A stretch of 64,000 nt of DNA, taken from the NCBI GenBank assembly GCA_036847245.1, contig DAIUAL010000001.1, forward strand, positions 4,037 through 68,036, read 5' to 3'. This stretch comes from Candidatus Kapaibacterium sp. (lineage in GTDB: Bacteria > Bacteroidota > Ignavibacteria > Kapaibacteriales > UBA4661). The notes below the pieces were generated by a model. The model had not been told where the DNA came from and made no database searches. It saw only the letters and a program-made list of their open reading frames with translations. Numbering within the stretch: the first letter of the stretch is position 1; the number at the start of each line of letters is the position of its first letter. Made by a program: the position numbers and the translations under genes. Below, in pieces: positions 40,727 through 50,362 of this stretch.

Positions 40727-43204
40727 TTACTCTCCACAGCCAATTGGTTGACCGGGTGGCGGCAACAGTGGCTTTGGTACAACAGTTGTTTTAGGACTAC
40801 GCACGAAATCACCGATCTGGCTTATGGCAAGCATATACGCAGCTTTAGTCGATTCATCTTTGACTGTTTTACGTTGTATATCGAGCCACGTTCTAAGATT
40901 ATCTAATTGCAATAAACTAATGGCGCGAGTTTGTGCTGTTGCTTCTTCGTCTTGCACAAGGCGCATGAGCGCATGAAGAACTGTTGTGTTGATGGTGCGT
41001 TGTACTTCTGCTAAATACGGATTTATGGGTAAAGAGCTTCTCCAAGTTGCTGAGAGAGTGCTGTTAATGATTTCAGCAAGTGAAGGCAAGCGTGGATCGC
41101 GAGCATGATATTCAATCAAACGTGCAGAGCGTTCGGGATTGAAGAGAAACATTGTTGTGTGATGCACTGCGGCTTCAACCGCCGAGAGTGCGTCAAAAGG
41201 AAGTCCTGTCCGATTTTTGAAGGACTCACGTGTACGTTCAAATCCCGAAGCATGAGGGGGAATAAGCTTGAGCAATTGTTCCGGAAGTGCAAGGGCATTG
41301 ACATTGATGGTTGCAAGCAATGCCTGTAGAGCACTACGCTGCTGATCGGCGGGAATCATAGCCGTAGGTTGTTGTCCGTCGCCACGGAGAGCAAAACGAT
41401 AATCTAGACCACCGATAGATTTACTTACTGCTTCTACCTGATAGCGATGAAGGAAATACATCGGCACCAATGTTTCATCGAGCGAGGACATGGGCTGTCC
41501 TTGAGCAATATTGTTGGCACTGAATGAACGTAAGACTTTTTCTCGTAGTCTCATCAAGCGATTTAATTCTTCGACTGCGTTCTTGCCATTATCCCATAGA
41601 TGTGCCGAAGGATGCGCACCGCCCACCGGACGAGCATCATCATCGGTGATATAATACATGCCAAGTGCGTGAGCAGAATCAAGCAAACGTCGTAAGCTCT
41701 GCTGTTCATTCCCGGAGAATTCTCCGTAGCCAAACTGAATAGAAACTTTATCCCATTCCCCAATGCCGGTAGCATAAGCATTCGCAAGCGTAATAGTGCC
41801 ATTCGGCATGGTATCAATGTGAGGATGCGGATAATCCATGACGGACGTGCGACCTTTCGCAAGTGCACTTGCCGCAAAGTTGTGTGATAATCCCAGAGTA
41901 TGCCCGATTTCATGAGCTGAAAGTTGGCGCAAGCGTGCAAGAGCCATGGCTTTGAGTGAATCAGAAACATTCTTGCCTTCTTCGTAAGCGGCAATCAAAC
42001 CGCTGGCAATGAGATAATCTTGACGCACACGCAAAGATCCGAGAGTAACATGACCCTTGAGAATTTCCCCTGTTCGTTGATCGGTTACGCTTGATCCATA
42101 CTACCATCCCCGTGTTGATCGATGCACCCACTTCACGACATTATATCGTACATCCATGGGGTCAACTGTATCGGGAAGAATCTTTACTTGAAAAGCATTG
42201 ACAAAACCTGCTGCCTCAAATGCTTGGTTCCACCATGTTGCGCCTTCATAGAGTGCTGTACGAATCGGCTCCGGTGCTGCATGATCAATGTAATACACGA
42301 GTGGTTCCCGTGCCTCACTTCGTGCTAAACCGGGATTCTTTTTTTGTAAGCGGTGTCGTGTAATAAAGCGTTGTACAATCGGCTTATCAAAGGGCGTAGC
42401 ATAGTCCATATAGCTTATCGGAAAATATCCAGCTCTTGGATCATATTCACGCATGGTGTACGGATACTCTTCTTTTAGATCAGGTAACTCGATAAATGAA
42501 TGATGCTGACGTACGCTGACATTGGTCGGTGTTGGTGTGACTTCACGAATAAATTGCCCGGTGGGTTCACCAACAAGAGTAATTAACGCTTCAAATTCAG
42601 TGTTCTTCGGAAAACTTTTTGTACGTGGCATAAACATTGCCGACTGACCGGGTGCAAGAGCGTATGAACCCTGACCTGTAGCACGTAATCTACCTGCAAC
42701 ATCATGAGCATCACGTATAAAAAAACTGCTTGCCTCAACAAGTATTGTTTGCTCGTCTTCAGTATCGATCGCAAAACCAAAAAGGACAGAGCGCGCAAAT
42801 GATTCAGCCACAGCATCCTGTTCGCTCTTGTTGTTCGTTACAGCACGATCCCATAAGTTGGGCTGTACCAAGAGTAATTTTGGACCATGACGCTCCAAAC
42901 GTACGACACGCTCGCCGCCAAGTTGACCGCGATCAAGTCCGATATCATTTGAGCCAACGCCTTGTGGTAAAGATACTGAGTAGAGAAAATCTTTTTCTAG
43001 GCGTTTCTTGTCAATTGCCAACCAAATTTTGTCGCTTTTGCTGTCATGATAAAAAGTGAAAAAACCTGAGAATTTTTGCAAACCCGCCACACGTTGTTCA
43101 ATCGGTGATCCTACAGTTTGCGAGGGAGTACTTTGTGCGGACAGTGATTGTATCCGTATTGAGAAGAGTACAATATAGGTGAAGATGAGAAGGAATCGAT
43201 TCAT
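40727..43204 (-). pseudogene. secreted zinc-dependent metalloprotease (HExxH; Bacteroidota DUF5117/DUF4953-type), interrupted by one in-frame TAG at 42101..42103
   Basis: ORFs 42101..43204 and 40727..42034 are in the same frame. The translation reads …[42 protein letters not shown]… with no other stop. The HEIGHTLGLSHNF zinc motif is in the downstream half and the signal peptide in the upstream half. Confidence 0.6.
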
Positions 43205-43273
43205 AATGCAAGGCTCACAAAAAGAAGTAAAAATCGGAGCAATGGATGAATTAAGACGTAAAGAATAATACGA

Positions 43274-44155
43274 TTAAAACTTTGCATGAAATTCCGTGAT
43301 TTCGCGTTTACCCATGCCGAGTTCTGTCAGTTCACTATCGCTCAGAGAACGCTGTTCTTTGAGCATCCTTTGAATTGCTTGATATTCCATGCGAGAAAAC
43401 TTGATGGAATGCAAAATATAGTCTTCAAATGCTTCGTAAGCAACCGGAACAATCTGCTTGATAATGTTTGCAATGGCTTCACCATAAACACGAATTTCAT
43501 ACTGTGCATGGCTATCCATACGCAGACGCAAAAAGTGAAATAAATTATGCAAGTCAATTTTCCAATACCACTCTGTGTACATTGACAGTGGAAGATTGAT
43601 ACGTGCCATTTCGCGGGCAAGGTCTTGCGCTAAGTATCCTTCGTATTCCTGATACATTTGCTGTTGCGATGCAGAAAATTGATCGACAATTTCTTGTGCC
43701 ACTATAGGGTCAAGCGCCGTATCGCTTCGTCCTTGCTTGTTGATATTGCTTTGTGGACGAATTTGTGAGAGCTCAGGAACATAAAATTCGTCTTTCATAA
43801 CAGAGTAACGGCCACTGTATTCATTGACATTTGCTGTACGATGCCGAATCCATTGGCGCGCAATAAAGATGGGGAGTTTGATATGAAATTTAAACTCAAC
43901 CATTTCAAAAGGTGTCGTGTGGAGGTGGCGAAGCAGATAGCGAATTAATCCACGATCTTCATTCAGCTTTTTCGTGCCATCGCCATAGGAAACACGGGCA
44001 GCTTGTACAATCGAAGCGTCATCACCCATATAGTCAACAAGACGCACAAAACCTTTGTCCAAACAATCTATCGTAAGTCCTTTGAGATTGTGTGCAGGTG
44101 CAGAAAGATAATCAGGTGCAGAAGAGACAGGTAGAGAAGAACTATGCTCAGTCAT
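43274..44155 (-). CDS. thyX: flavin-dependent thymidylate synthase
   Basis: ThyX motif RHRTANVNEYSGRYS and surrounding blocks. Confidence 0.85.
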   Translation of the reverse strand: MTEHSSSLPVSSAPDYLSAPAHNLKGLTIDCLDKGFVRLVDYMGDDASIVQAARVSYGDGTKKLNEDRGLIRYLLRHLHTTPFEMVEFKFHIKLPIFIARQWIRHRTANVNEYSGRYSVMKDEFYVPELSQIRPQSNINKQGRSDTALDPIVAQEIVDQFSASQQQMYQEYEGYLAQDLAREMARINLPLSMYTEWYWKIDLHNLFHFLRLRMDSHAQYEIRVYGEAIANIIKQIVPVAYEAFEDYILHSIKFSRMEYQAIQRMLKEQRSLSDSELTELGMGKREITEFHAKF

Positions 44156-44410
44156 AACAGAAGAAAAATAACAAGGAAGAAAAATGAAAAATAAAAATTG
44201 TAGTCAGTACGGTGTGTTGATAAGAACATATAACGAGTAATTGTAGGGAGCAATTTACAGTATTCTTGAGAGTAAAACTTTGTGAGGAAGCAGTTGTAGC
44301 AAAAAATCGTAGCGATATCCGTTGGAATCAGAAAAAAACGTGCTTATATTGACATTCGCACTCTACAAGAGTACCCGCAAACAAACTCATAACTCAAAGA
44401 GAAGCTTCCC

Positions 44411-45106
44411 ATGATTATCGAATATGTCTTTCGGATAGACGGAGAAGATAAGTTTCAATTTACCATTGATACAAATCGCACTACCACGATGCTCAAACCG
44501 GGCGAAGAACCAAAGGCATGGACAGAACTTGATTTCTATAAGTGTCCTAACTGTCCGTTATCGTCAGAGACACATAAACATTGCCCTGCGGCGCTTGATA
44601 TGCAAGATGTAACAGAGCAGTTTTCAGCGGTAATTTCTTTTCAAGGCATTGAAGTAATTGTGAAAACACCACTTCGCGAGTATCGCAAAATTACTGATGC
44701 ACAGAACGGGGTCTTGGCAATTAATGGTTTAATCATGGCAACGAGCGGATGCCCGATTTTGTCCCGCTTTGGTGCTATGGCAGATTTTCATTTGCCTTTT
44801 GCCTCGCTCGAGGAATCTATTTTTCGATCAGCAAGTTCATACTTAATTAGCCAGTACTATGTTTATAAAGATGGTGGTGTGCCGGATTTTGAGTTTAAAG
44901 GGTTGGAGGCATTTTACAATGAAATCAACAAGGTCAACGCTGCGCTCAAAAACCGTGTGTTTGAGGCATCGTCTGCTGATGCGAGTATCAATGCTTTTGT
45001 GCAATTGTTCGGCTCATCTGCGTTGCTTACGATGATGCTTGAAGAACAGCTTGAGGAAATGCGCGAAAAATTCTCCAAACTTGCACCACGTGTTTCAACA
45101 CAATAG
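44411..45106 (+). CDS. hypothetical protein (CxxC…HxxC cysteine cluster near N-terminus)
   Basis: Clean 231-aa ORF divergent from thyX. No family recognised. Confidence 0.45.
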   Translation: MIIEYVFRIDGEDKFQFTIDTNRTTTMLKPGEEPKAWTELDFYKCPNCPLSSETHKHCPAALDMQDVTEQFSAVISFQGIEVIVKTPLREYRKITDAQNGVLAINGLIMATSGCPILSRFGAMADFHLPFASLEESIFRSASSYLISQYYVYKDGGVPDFEFKGLEAFYNEINKVNAALKNRVFEASSADASINAFVQLFGSSALLTMMLEEQLEEMREKFSKLAPRVSTQ

Positions 45107-45161
45107 AGTGAGTGTGCCTGCACAGTGATATGCTGCTGTCGCATTATATTGCTAGCATGTG

Positions 45162-46550
45162 CTATGCTTTTTCGACTATGAGAGTTTTTATGTTCGTAAA
45201 CTCATAAAACCCGAAGATCGAGAGTTCGCGTCCGTAGCCTGACATTCCTATACCACCAAAAGGCAATCGAGGATCAGATCTTACCATATCATTGATTGCA
45301 CACATACCTACATTGAGTCGATATTCTGCAATTTCTTTGGCTTGATGAAGATCACGAGTAAAAATTGCTGCGCCCAAACCATAATGAGTACGATTAGCCA
45401 CTTCGACAGCATGACGAACATTGCGCGCGATGATGATTGGAGCCACTGGACCAAAAGTTTCCTCTTCGAGAACAAGCATCGAAGTATGTACATTAGTGAG
45501 AATAGTTGGTAGAAATGATGCACCCTTTCCCACACGATGTGAGCCACCCAAACGTGGAATAGCTCCTTGAGCAATAGAGCGATCCACTTGTTCCGCGAGT
45601 GTAGTGCGTAAGTGTTCTGTGGCGAGTGTACTAATATGTGTTGAGGGGTTTTCAGGGTGATCAATTTGATACGAAGAAAATTCGTGTACCAGAGCTTCGG
45701 TAAATTCTTCTGCTCTGTTTTTATGAACAATAAATCGCTTTGCTGCAATACAGCTTTGACCGTTATTTAAGAGTCGAGAGGTTGCACAGACGCGTGCCGC
45801 TTGTTTGATATTAGCATCATCAAGTACGATGTAAGGATCACTACCGCCGAGTTCTAAAACAGATTTTTTAATCGAACTACCTGCCACTTCGGCAATTGCG
45901 CTACCTGCACGTGTACTGCCGGTGCAAGCAACTCCTTTGACAGCGGCATGTTGGATGATAAGAGCTGTATAGGTTTCCACTTTTTCAGGAGCGATTAATA
46001 CTACGCGTAGAGCATTATTCAGAAAACCCGCTCTCCGAAATAAGTCTTCCAGCATCAGAGCACAACCTGTAACATTAGGTGCATGTTTGAGAATAATGGT
46101 GTTGCCCACAGCCAGCGTAGGAAGAGCAAAGCGAATGACTTGCCAAAAAGGGTAATTCCACGGCATTACACCTAGGATTACACCTAATGGACGATGAAGG
46201 ACATAGCTTTGATGATATCCCATTCTGATGCGTTGCGGTGTTAAAAATTTTTCCGCATTGTTCGCAACATATTCACAGCAGAGAGCACATTTTTCGATTT
46301 CAGCGAGCGATTGTGTAATGGGTTTACCCATCTCGCGTGTAATAAGAAGGGCGAGATCATGAATTTCATTGCGGAGTAGTTCTGCCAATTTGTGCATAGG
46401 AGCAACACGCTCGGCAACTGACATATCTGCCGTTTCATGTGATGTGTGGTATACTTTTTCAATCGTCGAAAAAATTGTCGTCAACGAATGTGCTTTGTAG
46501 CGAGCAATTTTTTCATTTGTGAAAGGATTAATTGAAACAAGCTGGATCAT
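45162..46550 (-). CDS. NAD(P)-dependent aldehyde dehydrogenase (succinate-semialdehyde dehydrogenase-like)
   Basis: ALDH blocks …ELGGSDPYIV…, catalytic Cys region …NNGQSCIAAKRF…. Start trimmed to ATG 46550 (MIQLVSINPFTNEK…). Confidence 0.85.
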   Translation of the reverse strand: MIQLVSINPFTNEKIARYKAHSLTTIFSTIEKVYHTSHETADMSVAERVAPMHKLAELLRNEIHDLALLITREMGKPITQSLAEIEKCALCCEYVANNAEKFLTPQRIRMGYHQSYVLHRPLGVILGVMPWNYPFWQVIRFALPTLAVGNTIILKHAPNVTGCALMLEDLFRRAGFLNNALRVVLIAPEKVETYTALIIQHAAVKGVACTGSTRAGSAIAEVAGSSIKKSVLELGGSDPYIVLDDANIKQAARVCATSRLLNNGQSCIAAKRFIVHKNRAEEFTEALVHEFSSYQIDHPENPSTHISTLATEHLRTTLAEQVDRSIAQGAIPRLGGSHRVGKGASFLPTILTNVHTSMLVLEEETFGPVAPIIIARNVRHAVEVANRTHYGLGAAIFTRDLHQAKEIAEYRLNVGMCAINDMVRSDPRLPFGGIGMSGYGRELSIFGFYEFTNIKTLIVEKA

Positions 46551-46699
46551 GACAGTGAATGAAAAGCGAAGGAAGAAACAACGATAACTTGGCAAACATA
46601 CGCAGAGCGGTCAAAGAACAAGGAGAAGAAAATAAAAAACGGTACTCAACAAAAAGAGAGTACCGTTTTTTCTAAGGAGTGCTGTATGAGAACACGAGC

Positions 46700-46864
46700 T
46701 GTAGGGGTAGGAGTCGAACCTACACGGGGCGGTTAGCTCTGCGCCGGCGAGAAGAAAGACGAGTGGTATGGTTCGTATCTTTCTTCTCGTTCGAGCAGAA
46801 TTTTTTCCGGAATCCCCACCGCCGAGACTGGGCGGCATGGCTGCCAAAATTTCATCACCCTACA
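46700..46864 (-). ncRNA. tRNA-like / structured RNA candidate (~165 nt): canonical T-arm and 7-bp acceptor pairing flanking a 12-bp perfect hairpin
   Basis: On the minus strand: 5'-TGTAGGG (rc of 46858..46864), then T-arm GTAGG-TTCGACT-CCTAC (rc of 46707..46723), then CCCTACA-G 3' (rc of 46700..46706). Internal 6-bp/7-nt-loop hairpin (46818..46836) and a 12-bp perfect hairpin cgagaagaaaga/tctttcttctcg (46748..46759 / 46778..46789). Too long for a tRNA and too short for tmRNA. Confidence 0.25.
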
Positions 46865-47044
46865 ATGTCAAAGAAGTTGCTCAATAATTGTAAACTGAGA
46901 AATCAGTATGTTTATCATTGAACTAGTACAAACTTAAAGAAAGGGTTTAGTTGTTGCAAATAATTTTATGAAATAGCTTAATTTTTAGATAATTTTGAAT
47001 AAAAATTATATTTTTTATCAAAATGTTAAAATTGATAGGCTGAT

Positions 47045-47644
47045 ATGCATACCCATTTACAAATTGGCAAACACCATGACCGCTCAGTCGAAGAGGATTT
47101 AGATGAACTTGATTTGCAGATCTTGCATTTGCTCTTGCAAAATGCACGCATGCCTTATACCGATATAGCGGATAAGGTACATACATCGAGCGGCACTATT
47201 CATGTACGCATGAAAAAAATGGAACAGCTTGGTATTGTGCGAGGTGCGCATTTGCAGATTGATGAGGCACTATTAGGATATGATATTTGTGCCTTCTTGG
47301 GGATTTATTTGGAAAAAGGTTCACTTTACAAGCAGGCTGTTAAAGATTTGGAGCAAATCCCTGAGATTGTTGAAATGCACTATACAACAGGTAATTACAG
47401 TATTTTGGCAAAGCTTATTTGTCGTGATACGCGGCATTTACAAGCGGTGCTGAATGATAAAATTCAGGCAGTATCCGGTATTGAGCGGACAGAAACATTC
47501 ATCTCATTGGAGCAGAGTATGCAACGACCACTACAATTGCTCCAACCTGTTGCGAAAGAAGAAAAACATGCAAGACATACCGTAGCACCGTCAGGAGCCA
47601 AAATGAAGACACAATCTGGTGCAAGCACGCGCATTAAAAAGTAG
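47045..47644 (+). CDS. Lrp/AsnC-family transcriptional regulator (with C-terminal extension)
   Basis: LDELDLQILHLLLQNARMPYTDIADKVHTSSGTIHVRMKKMEQLGIV is an AsnC-type HTH. RAM-like domain follows. Very AT-rich upstream region. Confidence 0.75.
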   Translation: MHTHLQIGKHHDRSVEEDLDELDLQILHLLLQNARMPYTDIADKVHTSSGTIHVRMKKMEQLGIVRGAHLQIDEALLGYDICAFLGIYLEKGSLYKQAVKDLEQIPEIVEMHYTTGNYSILAKLICRDTRHLQAVLNDKIQAVSGIERTETFISLEQSMQRPLQLLQPVAKEEKHARHTVAPSGAKMKTQSGASTRIKK

Positions 47645-47659
47645 TATCACGCTTTTTCG

Positions 47660-49861
47660 TCAGGACAAAGACAACTTCTCATCCAAGTGCACAACACGAT
47701 GTTCCCGTAGTGACTGTACAGCAGCAAAGGTTGCTTGTGTAACAGCGTGAATTTCTTGATAGGAAATCGGCATAGGCGAGCCACGCTGAATAGCTGAAAG
47801 TGTAGCTTGCAGTTCGGTGGCATGACCCTTGTCGCCATTGTATGAGCGAGTATTGATTGTACCATCTTCGGCAGAACGTAGATGCGTAAAGTTATCCATG
47901 ACGACACTGCGTCCTTCGCAATGCACTTCAAAGTATTCTTTAGGAAGTGCACGATCGCCATTAGCAAAATACTGTATGCTACCAATTGAACCATCGGCAA
48001 AGCTGAGCGTAAGAATTATGGTGTCTTCTGTAGCACTCCCTACGCCTTGTATGCTAATTGTCGAAACACTGACGGGTAAAGAGCCACTGATGAAGGTCAT
48101 ACAGTCGATAAAATGACACACTTCGCCAATGATTCGCCCGCCTTGTGCAGAGTCTTGAATCCAATGTGATGGGGATATTGCACCTGCATTCACACGATAC
48201 ATCATAGCAAGTGGTGCATACCGATGCTCTTGGTGTTTCATCAAAATGTCGCGCATGTCAACAAAAGGAGCAGAAAATCGTCGGTTGAATCCTACCATGA
48301 TGCTACTGCCGTTCAGACCATTGTGTATGAGTGCTGTGTCGATTGCAATAAGCTCTTCAGGGGTAATTGCTAAAGGTTTTTCGACAAAAACAGGTTTCTG
48401 TTGTGTAATTGCAGAAATAACTATTTGTGCATGTGAGTCATGACGTGAGCAGGCAATAATTGCATTCACATTCGGGTGCTCGATAACGGCATTCATATCG
48501 GTTGTGAACTCTTCAAAACCATGAAGTTCGGCGGCAGATTTTGCACTTGCCGAACTTGAAGTTGCAATTGCACGTAGGTGTAATGGTGCCTTACGGCGAT
48601 AATTTTGTAGATGCGGAATGATATGTGTACGTGCAAAGTTACCTGCGCCAATCATACCAATATTGATACTATCCGCTGTTATATATCTGGTATGCGAACT
48701 TTTACCGAAAATGACAGGTAAAGCCCCTTCACGTTCAGGATATGATACGACAATCCCGCAATAGGGTTGATAGTCCTTGCTTGATTCTTTCGTGGTAATA
48801 AGTCGATATGCTTGCGCAATATCTTGAATAGCAAAGGAATGTGTAGTGATATATTCTGTTGACACTGCGCCGCTCTCAAGCAATTGAACGAAGTGCTCCA
48901 TATTGCGTCGTTCGCTCCAACGCACATAATGTGGAGGATAATCTATGCCTTTTTCCTCGTAAAGCGGATCATAGCGACCAGGTCCATAGCTACAGGCGAT
49001 GGTCAGTTGGACTTCTTTTTCATAGAAAGGCGAACGAGGTATATCCATAGCAACAGCGCCAACTACCACCACACGTCCACGCTTGCGTACCGCAGAAAGC
49101 GCAAGCGTCATTGGTTGATTGTTTGCTGCTGATGCGGTGATTAATACGGCATCGGCGCCAAGACCATTTGTCATCGAAGCTATTGTCTTGAGGCATGAGC
49201 CGTTCGATGGAAAAACTGCTTCAGCACCACACTGTTTAGCACGTTCACGCAGATCGGCACGAGGTTCGATACCAACGACACGGCACCCTGCTGACCGAAG
49301 CATTTGAACGGTCAACAAACCGATTAAGCCCAAACCTACAACCACCACGACCTCGCCCAAATGCGGTTCTGCTTGCCGAATACCTTGCAAGGCAATTGCA
49401 CCAATGGTAGTATACGCTGCACTATCCGTTGAGACATTCTGTGGGAGTGCTACCGTCAAATTTTTGGGGGCAGTGATAATCTCCGCATGATATGCATAGG
49501 TATTGCCGGCACATGCGACACGGTCGCCGGGTTTAAATTCAGCGCAGCGTGAAGCAATGACCTCACCGGCAACGCTATAGCCAAGGGGACGGTAAGCATC
49601 CAATACTCCTTGAACTTTTCTGAGTGTTGCTGTCAATCCATCTTTCTTTATGCTGTCCAATACGGTCTGTACTGCTTCGGGTTGCTTGCGAATACGTTCC
49701 AAGATGCCGGACTTTGCTTTTGTTACGGAGGTTCTTTCTGTGCCGGCACTAATAACAGAATGGGAAACACGTACCAAAACACCTCCTTCAATACATTGTG
49801 GTGCAGGGATGTCTTCGACGATGATCTCGCCACTTTTTTGGTATTGGAGTAACTGAAGCAT
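47660..49861 (-). CDS. bi-domain oxidoreductase: N-terminal MDR/zinc-ADH-like domain fused to C-terminal Gfo/Idh/MocA dehydrogenase
   Basis: N-terminus GroES-like plus Rossmann (VVVVGLGLIGLLTVQML). C-terminal half begins INIGMIGAGNFARTHIIPHL (Gfo/Idh/MocA NAD-binding). Confidence 0.8.
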   Translation of the reverse strand: MLQLLQYQKSGEIIVEDIPAPQCIEGGVLVRVSHSVISAGTERTSVTKAKSGILERIRKQPEAVQTVLDSIKKDGLTATLRKVQGVLDAYRPLGYSVAGEVIASRCAEFKPGDRVACAGNTYAYHAEIITAPKNLTVALPQNVSTDSAAYTTIGAIALQGIRQAEPHLGEVVVVVGLGLIGLLTVQMLRSAGCRVVGIEPRADLRERAKQCGAEAVFPSNGSCLKTIASMTNGLGADAVLITASAANNQPMTLALSAVRKRGRVVVVGAVAMDIPRSPFYEKEVQLTIACSYGPGRYDPLYEEKGIDYPPHYVRWSERRNMEHFVQLLESGAVSTEYITTHSFAIQDIAQAYRLITTKESSKDYQPYCGIVVSYPEREGALPVIFGKSSHTRYITADSINIGMIGAGNFARTHIIPHLQNYRRKAPLHLRAIATSSSASAKSAAELHGFEEFTTDMNAVIEHPNVNAIIACSRHDSHAQIVISAITQQKPVFVEKPLAITPEELIAIDTALIHNGLNGSSIMVGFNRRFSAPFVDMRDILMKHQEHRYAPLAMMYRVNAGAISPSHWIQDSAQGGRIIGEVCHFIDCMTFISGSLPVSVSTISIQGVGSATEDTIILTLSFADGSIGSIQYFANGDRALPKEYFEVHCEGRSVVMDNFTHLRSAEDGTINTRSYNGDKGHATELQATLSAIQRGSPMPISYQEIHAVTQATFAAVQSLREHRVVHLDEKLSLS

Positions 49862-49975
49862 AAACGGTAAAAATGGGTAGGAAGAAATGCAGACAGTGAG
49901 AGTGTGTGTAGCAGATGATAGCGATGCGTAGCATTACGCATTGAATCGCATCTCAAATTAGCATATCAACCACAT

Positions 49976-50020
49976 AAAAAAAATCGTACTTGCTTGTCGA
50001 GAACAAATACGATTTTTTTT
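49976..50020. promoter_or_regulatory. 13-bp perfect inverted repeat aaaaaaaatcgta-N19-tacgatttttttt in a divergent promoter region
   Basis: Read directly. Arms at 49976..49988 and 50008..50020. Lies between divergent starts 49861 (-) and 50363 (+). Confidence 0.5.
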
Positions 50021-50362
50021 GTCGAAAAACAGCAGAATTTATGCTGTTGCTTTTGCAGCTTTTTTCGCAGCATTTCTTTTCTGTTGGCTTGGGCGGGAAT
50101 TACCGCTTGAACCTGAGAAAATTTTTCCGCGTCTTGTGCGTTTATCGCCTTTACCCATGACTGAACCGAAAAAATGTGAAACAATACACGAAGTGTGTAC
50201 AACATTGGAGGGCAAAAATACATAGAAAGGATGTATCTCGAATCATAAAGTTATGAGCTGCGGTTAAGATTCTTCTGATTAAAAACATCCTGTCTTGCCG
50301 TAGCTTTGCATACAGAATAATGATATCGTTCTTCTTTTTGTTGCAGCATTACCGATAGTCTT

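Noticed and set aside
42035-42103. Frameshift as the cause of the split metalloprotease
   Set aside because: Both ORFs are in the same frame and direct translation across the gap is continuous. The only lesion is the single TAG codon.
42101-42103. TAG codon reassignment (alternative genetic code)
   Set aside because: TAG clearly terminates other well-formed genes in the window, for example 1226-1228.
46700-46864. Interpreting the tRNA-like element as tmRNA (ssrA)
   Set aside because: It is only ~165 nt, against the usual 300-400 nt. No reading frame inside ends with an …ALAA/…AA tag peptide. No GGGG-rich 5' end. The upstream region to the Lrp gene is plain AT-rich spacer.
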